A DNA stretch of 64,000 nucleotides from Dehalococcoidia bacterium (GTDB lineage Bacteria; Chloroflexota; Dehalococcoidia; Lucifugimonadales; UBA3495), in contig DAOUIF010000013.1 of the NCBI GenBank assembly GCA_034423575.1, positions 2,367 through 66,366 of the forward strand. The letters are read 5' to 3'. Every line of letters begins with the position of its first letter. The first letter of the stretch is position 1. The notes under the pieces were generated by a model. That model ran no database searches and was not told where the DNA came from. It was given only the letters and a program-made list of their open reading frames with translations. The translations under genes were made by a program, and so were the position numbers. This document shows, in pieces, positions 26,838 to 36,028 of the stretch.

Positions 26838-27902
26838 TTACCAAGACTTGAGAACGGGCAGCACCTCTTTGGCGAAGAGCTTCAGTCCCCGCTCAGCCAC
26901 GTCAATAGGCGTACCGCCGAACCGGAAGGCCACGTTCAGCTCGAAATCGCCGAGCAGGGCCCGCCGGTCCTCCAGTCCGCGCAGGATCTTGTCGGGCGTG
27001 CCCCAACTGGCCGCCTTCATGAATCCCTCAACGGCGCCTTCCAGTCCGGCGGAACGGGCGATTTCGGCCTTCTGCTGATAGGCGTCGTAACCCTTCACCG
27101 ACGCGAAGTGGTCGCCCAGAAATTCGTAGTGGTAGAAATTGCTCTCCACGAATTTACCCTGGTACTTTCGGGCTTCCTCTTCGCATTGGTGCAGATCGGT
27201 GCCGCAAATGACGAATTCGGAGAGCATGAGCGCGGGCGGCTCAGTCCCGTGAAATTCCCGGTGCAGTGCGCGGCCCCGCTCGATTCCCGGCATCCGCATC
27301 TCCCATGGACGGTCGACGAACATGATGATGTGCGCGCCCAGCTTGGCCGCAGAGAGGACCGATTCGTCGCTGGCCGCCACGGCATAGATGCGCCCGTCGA
27401 ATGAGTGCTGCGGGCGGGGACGGATTTCGGTTCGAGGCTGCGGGTAGAATTTCCCGTCGCCCTCGATGAAACCGGTCTTCAGGGCGTCGACGATCATGGG
27501 CGCGGCCTCGTCGAAGCGCTCCCGGGACTCGTCCATGTTCATGCCAAAGGTCGCGAACTCCCGGCGCGCCAGCCCGCGCCCGAAGCCCAGCCTCAGCCGG
27601 CCGCCGCTCAGCAGGTCGAGCACCGCGGCGTTTTCTGCGACCCGCAGGGGGTTGTGCCAGGGGAGGATCACCGCGGCGGTTCCCACGTCGATGTTGGGAT
27701 GCTTGGCCGCGATGTGGGTCATCAGCTGGATGTTGTCCGGCACGAAGGAGTAATCGTTGAAATGGTGCTCCGCCGACCAGAGGCACTCGAACCCCTCGTC
27801 TGCCGCCATCTGAGCGAGGCGCAACTCTTCCTCCCACATCTGGCCGTCCGAGCCTTCGTCCCAGCCGTAGCTGGAGAAGATCATCATCATTCCGACATCC
27901 AT
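26838..27902 (-). CDS. LLM-class flavin-dependent oxidoreductase
   Basis: WSAEHHFNDY, VLDLLSGGRLRLGFGRG. AAGGAG RBS before the ATG at 27902. The track extension to 28010 would overlap the upstream SDR gene. Confidence 0.85.
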   Translation of the reverse strand: MDVGMMMIFSSYGWDEGSDGQMWEEELRLAQMAADEGFECLWSAEHHFNDYSFVPDNIQLMTHIAAKHPNIDVGTAAVILPWHNPLRVAENAAVLDLLSGGRLRLGFGRGLARREFATFGMNMDESRERFDEAAPMIVDALKTGFIEGDGKFYPQPRTEIRPRPQHSFDGRIYAVAASDESVLSAAKLGAHIIMFVDRPWEMRMPGIERGRALHREFHGTEPPALMLSEFVICGTDLHQCEEEARKYQGKFVESNFYHYEFLGDHFASVKGYDAYQQKAEIARSAGLEGAVEGFMKAASWGTPDKILRGLEDRRALLGDFELNVAFRFGGTPIDVAERGLKLFAKEVLPVLKSW

Positions 27903-27955
27903 CCGATTACTCCTTGCGGTTGATCCTGGCGTTTGGTGTGCTCCCCTGAACGGCT

Positions 27956-28798
27956 CTAGAAAGCCGGCTTGACGGGATACGGAGTCAGCTGGAGTTCGTG
28001 GGTCCAGCACGACTTGTCCTGGGTATACAGATAGTAGAAGGCCTCCGCGATCTTGACGGGGTTGATCAGCAGTTCCGGATTCTGCTGGGCGCGTGGGGTG
28101 GCCCGTGTGCCGGGCGAATCAATCGTCCCGTCGATGATCACGTTGGCAACATGCACGCCGAACTCGGAGTACTCTTCGGTCAGCACTTGCGCCAACGTGC
28201 GCATCATGACCCGGGGATAGTACAGCGACTGACCGGTGTACCGCTTCCTGCCCCGCAACGATGACGGGTTGTTGGAGATCAGGATGGTGCCCTCGCCGCG
28301 CTCGCGCATGGCGGGTAGCACTTCCTTAGCGACCAGGAAGGGGCCGCTGCTGGAAATGTGCTGGGCGGTCTCGAACACTTCTATAGGCGTGTTTTCCAGC
28401 AGCTCCATTTCCGGGGGAAGGTCGCGCCCGTCGATGTAGCCCGCGTTGTACACCAGGACGTCCGGGTCGCCATGCTCCTCACGGATCTGCGCGAACGCGT
28501 TGGAGATCGATTCGGGAATAGACAGGTCGAGTTCCACGATTGTGCTGTCGCCGCCCTGCTCGTTGATGGCGGCCTGCAGCGGCGCAGCGTTGGACGCGTT
28601 TCGAGTGGTCAGCACCGTGAGGAAGCCTTCCTGGGCGAACTTCTGGGCTACGGCTCCACCCACGCCCCAGCGGACGCCGACGGGCAGGTCGCTGTCGTCG
28701 ATTTCCCCGCCGTGGATCAATTGCGTGTTGCGGCCGTCGGACTGCCACTTGGATGTCGCGCCGATAACTACGGCGACCGGTTTTCGATTTGTCGTCAT
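27956..28798 (-). CDS. SDR-like Rossmann oxidoreductase (atypical)
   Basis: VAVVIGATS...GVGGAVAQKFAQEGF, the YNAG motif and a VANVIIDGTIDSPG end. AAGGAA RBS before the ATG at 28798. Confidence 0.65.
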   Translation of the reverse strand: MTTNRKPVAVVIGATSKWQSDGRNTQLIHGGEIDDSDLPVGVRWGVGGAVAQKFAQEGFLTVLTTRNASNAAPLQAAINEQGGDSTIVELDLSIPESISNAFAQIREEHGDPDVLVYNAGYIDGRDLPPEMELLENTPIEVFETAQHISSSGPFLVAKEVLPAMRERGEGTILISNNPSSLRGRKRYTGQSLYYPRVMMRTLAQVLTEEYSEFGVHVANVIIDGTIDSPGTRATPRAQQNPELLINPVKIAEAFYYLYTQDKSCWTHELQLTPYPVKPAF

Positions 28799-29000
28799 GG
28801 CGTATTCCTTTGTCAAATGCGGACTGCTCTCCTACAGAGCACGTAGCCCCACATGAAACAGCCGCCGATTTCGAGCCCGACCGCTTGACCACATCAAAGC
28901 GGCGGGCGAGGGTTAGTTTGTTGGGCGTTACTGTACTACAAACCTTCTGGCGAACGTTAACTTCTGAGTGCGGGGGCCCGCCGGCTCGTCCGGCCCAACG

Positions 29001-29028
29001 TTGCGTTGCCCCGAGATTTGCCTAGAAT
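29001..29028 (+). promoter_or_regulatory. putative promoter (TTGCGT-16-TAGAAT)
   Basis: Read from the sequence, 35 nt upstream of the dehydrogenase start in a 264-bp divergent intergenic region. Confidence 0.35.
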
Positions 29029-29062
29029 GTCGCATCCGAACCATACGCGAAGGAGCGTTGCG

Positions 29063-30016
29063 ATGGGATTCAAGCTCGTTATCTGCCCACCCAACTACCA
29101 GGAGCACTGGCCGCAGAGGCTCCAGGAGGAAATTCCGGACATCGACGTACACCTCTGCCCGACGGTGGGCGAGGCGATGGAGGTCATTGGTGACGCCGAC
29201 GCTGCCTTCGGCGACATCGTGCCCGAATTGCTGGAGCGAGCGGAAAACCTCAAGTGGGTTGCGTGTCCCCAGGCCGGGCCCCGGGCCGGGTACTACCACC
29301 CTTCGCTTATCACCAGCGAGGTCGTGGTCACCAATACGCGCGAGATCTACAACGACCACATCAGCGCCCACATCATGTCTCTCCTGCTGGCCTTTGCCCG
29401 CGGCCTGCAGGTGTACATCCCGCAACAGGTGGCCGGGGTCTGGCGGCAGGGATGCCCGACCATCTACCTGCCCGAAGCGACGGTGGCAATCGTGGGCGTC
29501 GGCGGCATCGGCGGTGAGACCGCCCGGCTCTGCTCCGAATTCGGCATGACCGTGCTCGGAGTGGATCCTCGACTTTCCGCTCCCACCGCCGGCGTTGCGG
29601 AGCTCCACCGTCCGGACCACCTGCTGGAAGTCCTGCCCCGGGCCGACTTCGTGGTCGTCACCGTACCCGAAACGCCGGAAACTCAGGGCATGTTCCGCTC
29701 TGAGCAGTTTCGGGCCATGAAAGACACCGGGTTCTTCATCAACATCGGCCGCGGGGCCACCGTCATACTGGACGACCTGGTGGACGCGTTGCGAGCCGGA
29801 GAGTTGGCCGGCGCCGGCCTGGACGTCTTTCAGATCGAACCCCTGCCGGCCGGACATCCCCTGTGGACCACGCCCGGCGTGCTCATCACGCCGCACGTGG
29901 CGGGCAACGGCCCCTATCTGGACGACCGCCGCACCGAGCTGTTCGTCGACAACTGCAAACGATTCAACGAGGGCCGGGAACTGCGCAACGTGGTGGACAA
30001 GGCCAACTGGTTCTAA
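29063..30016 (+). CDS. D-isomer-specific 2-hydroxyacid dehydrogenase family protein
   Basis: VAIVGVGGIGGETARL NAD motif and the INIGRG...LDV...EPLP...TPH catalytic-domain pattern. AAGGAG RBS before the ATG at 29063. Confidence 0.85.
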   Translation: MGFKLVICPPNYQEHWPQRLQEEIPDIDVHLCPTVGEAMEVIGDADAAFGDIVPELLERAENLKWVACPQAGPRAGYYHPSLITSEVVVTNTREIYNDHISAHIMSLLLAFARGLQVYIPQQVAGVWRQGCPTIYLPEATVAIVGVGGIGGETARLCSEFGMTVLGVDPRLSAPTAGVAELHRPDHLLEVLPRADFVVVTVPETPETQGMFRSEQFRAMKDTGFFINIGRGATVILDDLVDALRAGELAGAGLDVFQIEPLPAGHPLWTTPGVLITPHVAGNGPYLDDRRTELFVDNCKRFNEGRELRNVVDKANWF

Positions 30017-30026
30017 CGCCGCGTCT

Positions 30027-31670
30027 TCAGTCCGCGCGCCGCTCCTCCCGCATGGTTATCAACGCCAGGGGGATCGACGAAACCACTATCAGCAACAACG
30101 CCGGCGCCGCCGCCCGCGCGAAGAACGCCTCCTGCGATGCCGCCCAAATGGACGACGCCAGGGTGGTGAAACCGATGGGGCTGAGGATCAGCGTCGCCGG
30201 CAGTTCCTTCATGGTCAGGAGAAACACCAGGGCGGCTCCGGTCAGGATCCCCGGCCGGACCAGCGGCAGCGTAACGGTGAGCAGTACCGACAGCGGAGCC
30301 CGGCCCAGGCTGCGAGCGGCATCCTCGAACTCGGGGCGCACCTGCAGCAGTGAGGTTCTCAAGGAGCCCACCGCCGCCGGCAGGAACAACGTCACGTAGG
30401 CCACGGCAAGTATCGCCAGGGACTGATAGAGCCACGGAGCGTAATTTGCGCCGAAGTACACCAGACCCAGGGCGATAACGATACCGGGCAGCGCGAAACC
30501 AACGAATCCCAAGCGCTCCAACCACCGGCTGAACAGGCCAGGATAACGCACCGCGAGCACCGCGATGGGAGCGGCGCACAACACCGTGAGGACTGCGGCC
30601 ATCACCGAGACGCCCACGGAGTTTGCCGCCGCGCGCCACAGGAGCAGCAGCGGTTCACCGGCAGTCACCCCGCGCACGGTCCAGTAGACCAGTACAGCCA
30701 CAGGCATGCCGACGGAAACCGCCAGCATGCCGACGCAATACGCCAAGGCGGGCCACCGCCACCGCCCCAGGGGTATGGGCTCGGGCAATCGGGTTGCGCC
30801 TCCGCGGCTGCGATAGTATCGTCCGCCCCCGGCGTTGCGAGCGGTGTTTTCGCCCCAGACCACTGCCAGCGCCAGCACGATGAGCGCCAGCGACCACGCG
30901 GCGGCCAGGGTACGGTTCAGCGCCGCGCCATATTGGATGAAGATGCTCCAGGTGAAGGTCTCGTAGCGCATGATGGCGACCGCGCCAAAGTCGCTCAGGG
31001 CGTAGAGAGCGGTAAGCAGCCCACCAGCGAAGATGGCCGGCCGGAGCATGGGAAGCGTGATGCTGCGGAAGGTCTGCCAGCGGTCACGCCCCAACACCCT
31101 CGCCGACTCCTCCAGTGAGACATCCATGCTCCAAAGCGCGGCGCGCACCGGCAGCAGCACGTAGGGGAAGCTGATGATGATCAGCGTGAAAGCCGCGCCC
31201 GGGAAGCCGTAGATGCTGGGAATGCGCTCCACGCCAAATCCCGCTTCCAGCCAACCCTGCAGAATGCCGCGTGGGCCCAGGCCCACGGCGATAGCGAAGC
31301 CAACGATGTACGACGGCAACGCCAGCGGCAGCATGGTGGCCACCCGCCAGAATCCCCGCCACGGCAGGTCGGTGCGCACGGTGAGCCACGCCAGCGGCGC
31401 TGCGATGATGATGCAGCCCACCATCACGGCCGCCATGAGCGCGACGGTGCGGGCGACCACCCAGAGGGTCCGAGTCCGGAAGATCAGGTCAACGGCGTCT
31501 TCCCCCGCGCCCACAGTGCGCAGCGCGAGATAGACCGGGGCGAGCAGCAACAACGCCGCAACTGCCAGAGCCGGCGCCCAAACGACGGTCGGCGGGCGCG
31601 CTGTCCCCTCGAATAGACGGCCCCATGTGAGCCTGGGTATGGTGACAAACAGCTTGGCGACGGCGGACAT
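30027..31670 (-). CDS. ABC transporter permease, fused two-domain (Fe3+/thiamine FbpB/ThiP type)
   Basis: 547 aa, about 12 TM segments, with two copies of the EAA-type loop (EESARVLGRDRWQTFRSITLP and EDAARSLGRAPLSVLLTVTLP). Confidence 0.8.
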   Translation of the reverse strand: MSAVAKLFVTIPRLTWGRLFEGTARPPTVVWAPALAVAALLLLAPVYLALRTVGAGEDAVDLIFRTRTLWVVARTVALMAAVMVGCIIIAAPLAWLTVRTDLPWRGFWRVATMLPLALPSYIVGFAIAVGLGPRGILQGWLEAGFGVERIPSIYGFPGAAFTLIIISFPYVLLPVRAALWSMDVSLEESARVLGRDRWQTFRSITLPMLRPAIFAGGLLTALYALSDFGAVAIMRYETFTWSIFIQYGAALNRTLAAAWSLALIVLALAVVWGENTARNAGGGRYYRSRGGATRLPEPIPLGRWRWPALAYCVGMLAVSVGMPVAVLVYWTVRGVTAGEPLLLLWRAAANSVGVSVMAAVLTVLCAAPIAVLAVRYPGLFSRWLERLGFVGFALPGIVIALGLVYFGANYAPWLYQSLAILAVAYVTLFLPAAVGSLRTSLLQVRPEFEDAARSLGRAPLSVLLTVTLPLVRPGILTGAALVFLLTMKELPATLILSPIGFTTLASSIWAASQEAFFARAAAPALLLIVVSSIPLALITMREERRAD

Positions 31671-31835
31671 GGACGGGTTATATCTGTCCGGCGAACCGAT
31701 CGCGTCCGATCCGCCGGAGCAATGCTCGTTTCGTGATGTCGGGGTCGCGGGTGATTATACGCCGGCCAAACCGGTCTCAGCCCTTTGGTCCAAGGCCAGC
31801 GTGTGGCGGGAAAACAGTCCCCCGCATCGGCGCGT

Positions 31836-31864
31836 TTGACAGGACATATAGTCCAGCGCAGAAT
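31836..31864 (+). promoter_or_regulatory. putative promoter (TTGACA-17-CAGAAT)
   Basis: A perfect -35 hexamer with a 17-nt spacer, about 88 nt upstream of the LLM gene start. Confidence 0.4.
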
Positions 31865-31951
31865 GGCACAAATCCGGGGCGGTCTGTGCCCCTTCCGCTG
31901 TGATCCGTAACGGAATGCGCTCTCGCATTCGCCATTGGAGGAGGTTCCCAC

Positions 31952-33121
31952 ATGGCGTTTCCCGAACGAATGAAATTTGGCATCTTCCTCGGCCCGTTTC
32001 ACCGAGTGGGCGAGAACCCCACGTTGGCCATGGAACGCGACCTGGAGTTAATTGAATGGCTGGACAAGCTGGGCTTCGACGAGGCCTGGATCGGCGAACA
32101 TCACAGCGCAGGCTGGGAGATCATATCGTCGCCTGAGGTGTTCATAGCCGCCGCCGCCCAGCGCACCAACCGCATCAAGCTGGGCACCGGCGTCGTCAGC
32201 CTGCCCTACCACCACCCGCTGATGGTCGCCAACCGCATGGTCCAGCTGGACCACATGACCTACGGGCGTGTGCTATTCGGCGTGGGGCCGGGCGCGCTGC
32301 CGGGCGACGCCTACATGATGGGCATCCCCCACGAGCTGCAGCGCGAGCGCATGGACGAGTCCCTGGGCATCATCCTGCGCCTGTTCACCGAGACCGAACC
32401 CATCACCTACAAGAGCGACTGGTTCGAGTTGAAAGAGGGCCTGCTCCAGCTCCGCCCCTACCAACGACCTTACATGCACACGGCGGTAGCGTCGGTGCAG
32501 TCGCCCGCCGGCGTGACCCTGGCCGGAAAACACGGCTGCTCGGTTCTGACCATCACCGTGCCTCGGGACCCGTCCACCGGTCCGTCGGACCTTCAGGGCC
32601 TCTGGAGCATCGCCGAAGAGTCGGCCGCCGAGCACGGAAACACCATGAATCGCGATGACTGGCGGCTGGTGCTGCCCTGCCACCTGGCCGAGACCCGCGA
32701 GGAAGCCCTGAACGATGCTCGCATGGGCGCAGGCCGCTACCTGCGAGAATACAGCGAGGGAACCAACGGCCGCCAGGCAGTGTTCGACGGCCCGCTGGAC
32801 AAGGTAATCGACCACATGGCCGACACGGGCAGCTGGATCATAGGCACGCCCGACGACTGCATTGAAGCCATCGAGAGGCTGGGCGAGCAGAGCGGCGGCT
32901 TCGGCGCCTTCCTGGTCCAGACCATCGACTGGGCCCCGCGCGAAAAGATGCTGCGCAGCTACGAACTCATGGCTCGCTACGTGATGCCCCACTTCCAGGG
33001 CAGCGTCCTCAGCACCCAGGCGTCCAACCAGTGGGCCAAGGAGCGGCAGGACGACCTGGTAGGCGGACGCGTCCGGGCCATCGACCGCGCCCGGCAGCGC
33101 TACGCCGAACGAGTCGGCTAG
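31952..33121 (+). CDS. LLM-class flavin-dependent oxidoreductase
   Basis: WIGEHHSAGWE..., RIKLGTGVVSLPYHHP and GRVLFGVGPG; GGAGGAGG RBS. Confidence 0.85.
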   Translation: MAFPERMKFGIFLGPFHRVGENPTLAMERDLELIEWLDKLGFDEAWIGEHHSAGWEIISSPEVFIAAAAQRTNRIKLGTGVVSLPYHHPLMVANRMVQLDHMTYGRVLFGVGPGALPGDAYMMGIPHELQRERMDESLGIILRLFTETEPITYKSDWFELKEGLLQLRPYQRPYMHTAVASVQSPAGVTLAGKHGCSVLTITVPRDPSTGPSDLQGLWSIAEESAAEHGNTMNRDDWRLVLPCHLAETREEALNDARMGAGRYLREYSEGTNGRQAVFDGPLDKVIDHMADTGSWIIGTPDDCIEAIERLGEQSGGFGAFLVQTIDWAPREKMLRSYELMARYVMPHFQGSVLSTQASNQWAKERQDDLVGGRVRAIDRARQRYAERVG

Positions 33122-33131
33122 CGGTGAGGTT

Positions 33132-33231
33132 GTCAGAATCAGGATCTTCGGGATTCAAAGATTGTCAGGATCAGGGGTTTTCTGCCGCTGAACGGCTCCA
33201 ATCCTCAAATCTTGGAAATCCTGATTCTGAC
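33132..33231. repeat. family-B inverted-repeat element, copy 2
   Basis: GTCAGAATCAGGAT...ATCCTGATTCTGAC with the same mirrored GGATT/AATCC subrepeat organisation as 16208-16315. It lies between convergent genes. Confidence 0.8.
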
Positions 33232-33248
33232 GATTCCCAAAAAGGCGA

Positions 33249-33953
33249 TCAGGCAGCCACTTTCGCGGCGGCCCAGTCCACGCCGTTGAGCACCAGCTTC
33301 TGAAACTCGGTCGTCTCAAAACTGCGTCCGTCGTGGCCCAGCAGCAGCACGAAGACATTGCCGTCACCGTACTTGCGCGTCCACCCCAGCGGATAGGTCC
33401 CGCCCGGCATGTGGGTGGGATTCCGGTCCGGCCCCCAGGGCCAGGTGCCGTCGTCGGCAGTGCCGGTGATGAAGACGTCGTTGCCGTCCTTGATCGCCAG
33501 GTTCATGTAGAGCTCGTCGTTGGTCGAGAAGTCCGCGATGCCCGAGGCGCCCGGATGGCCGGCCTGGCTAACGTTGACCGTGAACTCCCCGTAGGGCGGA
33601 TGATAGCTGGTGCCGGAGATCCAGCCGCCGCCCGTGATGTCGTGATACTCAGGCCAGGCCGCCGCCACACAGGTGGCGATGTGGATGCAGACGAACCCGC
33701 CCCCGCCGCTCACGTAGTCCTTCAAGCCCTGCATCTGTGATTCCGACAACGTCCAGTCGCCGAAATCGGGCACGTTCTCCCGCCGGGTGTTGAAGACCAG
33801 CGCGTCGTAGCCGCTCATGGCTGAGCCGTCGGCCAGAGGCGAGGCGTCCTCGGTGACCGTGACGTCGTGGCCGGCGCCCCTGAGAAAAGATTCCAAGATG
33901 GGCGTCGACTCCTCGTAGGGATGCCGCCCGCCGGAGATTACCAGAACTTTCAT
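33249..33953 (-). CDS. ThuA domain protein
   Basis: MKVLVISGG...GGGGFVCIHIA...W...ITGG, 234 aa, AGGAGGG RBS. Confidence 0.8.
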   Translation of the reverse strand: MKVLVISGGRHPYEESTPILESFLRGAGHDVTVTEDASPLADGSAMSGYDALVFNTRRENVPDFGDWTLSESQMQGLKDYVSGGGGFVCIHIATCVAAAWPEYHDITGGGWISGTSYHPPYGEFTVNVSQAGHPGASGIADFSTNDELYMNLAIKDGNDVFITGTADDGTWPWGPDRNPTHMPGGTYPLGWTRKYGDGNVFVLLLGHDGRSFETTEFQKLVLNGVDWAAAKVAA

Positions 33954-34091
33954 AACGCTTTTCCCTCCTATCAGTAAGGGGGAATTGTAGAGACAAGGGC
34001 CGCCGGTGGCAAATTTGGAAATCCGCGGACTTAGTGACGACCGCTGCGGGCGTTATAATGCCGGCAGTATCGCGCGAGGGAAGATTTGGGC

Positions 34092-34463
34092 ATGTCAATG
34101 TTCAAGGTGGATGTCGGCGTAGGCAATATGGAAGGCGGCGATTTGGCGCCGGGGCGGCCTATTGTGGACACCGGGGCGGCCCACTCCATGCTGCCCGAAT
34201 CGCTGCTGACCCGGCTGGGCATTGCGCCTCGTCGCCAACTCAGCTTCATTCTGGCCGACGGCAGCCCGGCAATCTACAGCTTCGGATTCGCCAGGTTCAG
34301 CATCGACGACGAGGAGTGTCCTTGCCCGGTCATCTTCGGGCCGGAGGGCAATCACCTGCTGGGCGCGTCCACCCTGGAGATTTTCAACCTGGTGGTTGAC
34401 GCGGCGGGAGAGCGGCTACTGCCCGCCGAATGGCTTTCCCTGGGCTGGGGTGGGGAATTGTAG
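34092..34463 (+). CDS. retropepsin-like (clan AA) aspartic protease, single domain
   Basis: 123 aa with VDTGAAHSML (D-T-G-A catalytic motif) and ...LLGASTLEIF... near the C-terminus. GAGGGAAG RBS, and a perfect TATAAT at 34054-34059 upstream. Confidence 0.6.
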   Translation: MSMFKVDVGVGNMEGGDLAPGRPIVDTGAAHSMLPESLLTRLGIAPRRQLSFILADGSPAIYSFGFARFSIDDEECPCPVIFGPEGNHLLGASTLEIFNLVVDAAGERLLPAEWLSLGWGGEL

Positions 34464-34478
34464 GGCGGCGAAACGCAA

Positions 34479-34775
34479 TCAGGGTGAGGCGGGGTCGCGG
34501 GCCTTTTCGCGCCGGACGTGTTCACGCAGGACCTGGTTGATGAGCGCCTTATAGCCCGGCACGTCGGCGGCATTGGCCTGGAGCCATGTCGCCACGTCAT
34601 CGTCCAGGTCCTCGAACCACAGGGTGACTTGCTGCTTGACCACCTTACCGTTGTGGAACACGCCGCGCTTCGCGTTGGCCCAGTCGGTGGGTGTTTCGGG
34701 AATGTCACCGGTGTCAATCTCGTCGTCCGACATCGCGGCCAGGGCGGCGAGTTCGGCTTTTTGCTGGTCTGTCAT
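34479..34775 (-). CDS. brnA: BrnA antitoxin (type II TA)
   Basis: 98 aa. DDEIDTGDIPETP...W..AKRG...VTLWFEDLDDDVATWLQ...GYKALINQVLREHV fits the BrnA pattern. It starts 6 nt after brnT. Confidence 0.8.
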   Translation of the reverse strand: MTDQQKAELAALAAMSDDEIDTGDIPETPTDWANAKRGVFHNGKVVKQQVTLWFEDLDDDVATWLQANAADVPGYKALINQVLREHVRREKARDPASP

Positions 34776-34781
34776 GTCAGC

Positions 34782-35066
34782 TTATCCCTCCTCATAATCT
34801 CGTCGCTCTTGCCTCGTGGCCCTGCGGGCGCTGATGATGCGGCCAATCGGCTCGCCCGTATCCGGATAACTTTCGGGCCAAGTATAGACTACCATCAAGG
34901 TTAGTGAATTCACGACGCCTATCGTGCGCCAGCGTGATTCATATGGGTACGTATCAGGATACGTCAGAGCCAACGGGTCACGGAAAATCAACTGCGCCGT
35001 CTCGAAGCTTATGCGGTGCTTCTCCCTATTGATGTGGTCTTTGTCCGGGTCCCAAGTCCAGCTCAA
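34782..35066 (-). CDS. brnT: BrnT ribonuclease toxin (DUF497)
   Basis: 94 aa. WTWDPDKDHINREKHRISFETAQLIF.D...E.RW..IG......L.VVYT....IRIISARRAT..E fits the BrnT pattern. TTG start with AAGGAGG 8 nt upstream. Confidence 0.8.
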   Translation of the reverse strand: MSWTWDPDKDHINREKHRISFETAQLIFRDPLALTYPDTYPYESRWRTIGVVNSLTLMVVYTWPESYPDTGEPIGRIISARRATRQERRDYEEG

Positions 35067-35175
35067 CGACGCGTCCTCCTTTCAGTTCGGAATATGGTTT
35101 TGAGCATGGCGGGACTTCCGGACTGTCTTGCTTAGGAACATTGAAACTGTAGCGGGCCCGGCACTGGAAATGTCA

Positions 35176-36006
35176 TCAGCGCAGTTGGACATGGAATTGC
35201 CCCGGCTCTTCACGGCAAGCCTCAACGAACCGTCGGCTATTGCCGATTATTGCATCTGCGTTCAGATTGACGTTTATAAACCTGCCGTTTTTCAATTCTC
35301 TGGATGATTCGCCACTGTAATGATGCATAAGGTTGGCGATTTCAGTGGGGATGTTTTCCGCAGAACGGTGACCTGCTTCTTCAAGCCATTCCACAACTGA
35401 CGTGTATAACACTCTCCAGCTGCGAACAGGCTTTTCAACTCCGTTTGGAAATTGCATAGCGCTAGGTCGGCGATTGATGACTGGAACGGTATTGCCCAAC
35501 TCAGACAGGTTGAACCAATTATCTTCTAACCAATTCACTGTCAGAGGAGCATCAGCGAAGGACTGGCCATCTTCTGCAATGCCCGGCATCAGATCGGCAT
35601 CATGCGTTTCGCGGCGCAACAGGTGTAACGCCTTATTTCGTGCGCTGTTGAAAATCGCTTGCTTGTCAATCGGCTGATTTTCGAGTTCGGCCAACTCGTT
35701 CTTCCAACCGACCAGTTCCGACCGGATGCCGCCTTCCCAATCTGCAAACACCCGGCTCACTTGCACGCGGCCTTGCGGGCGTTCCGTTTCCGACAAGGCC
35801 GTTATGTACTCCCCAAACTCAGCGTCCAGTTCTTCATCATTGTTTAACACTGTTTCTCGCTCTTCAATCAGCCCGCGCAACTCCTCGCGCCGCGCGTCAT
35901 CGGCCCCGGTGATGCTTTGCCGTTCTGTTTCCAGCAGTTCCCGGAGCAGGGCAGACAGCCGGTTGGCGAGGTCGTCATCAATCTCAACGTCGCTTGGGAA
36001 CGTCAT
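35176..36006 (-). CDS. hypothetical protein, acidic coiled-coil N-terminus plus unplaced C-terminal domain
   Basis: 276 aa from the ATG at 36006, with GGAGG 5 nt upstream, 22 nt after the helicase stop. An alternative ATG at 36054 would overlap the helicase by 26 nt. The 3' half is about 45-50% GC by hand count. No motif I can assign. Confidence 0.6.
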   Translation of the reverse strand: MTFPSDVEIDDDLANRLSALLRELLETERQSITGADDARREELRGLIEERETVLNNDEELDAEFGEYITALSETERPQGRVQVSRVFADWEGGIRSELVGWKNELAELENQPIDKQAIFNSARNKALHLLRRETHDADLMPGIAEDGQSFADAPLTVNWLEDNWFNLSELGNTVPVINRRPSAMQFPNGVEKPVRSWRVLYTSVVEWLEEAGHRSAENIPTEIANLMHHYSGESSRELKNGRFINVNLNADAIIGNSRRFVEACREEPGQFHVQLR

Positions 36007-36028
36007 TTCGTCCTCCGGGTCGTAGTGG

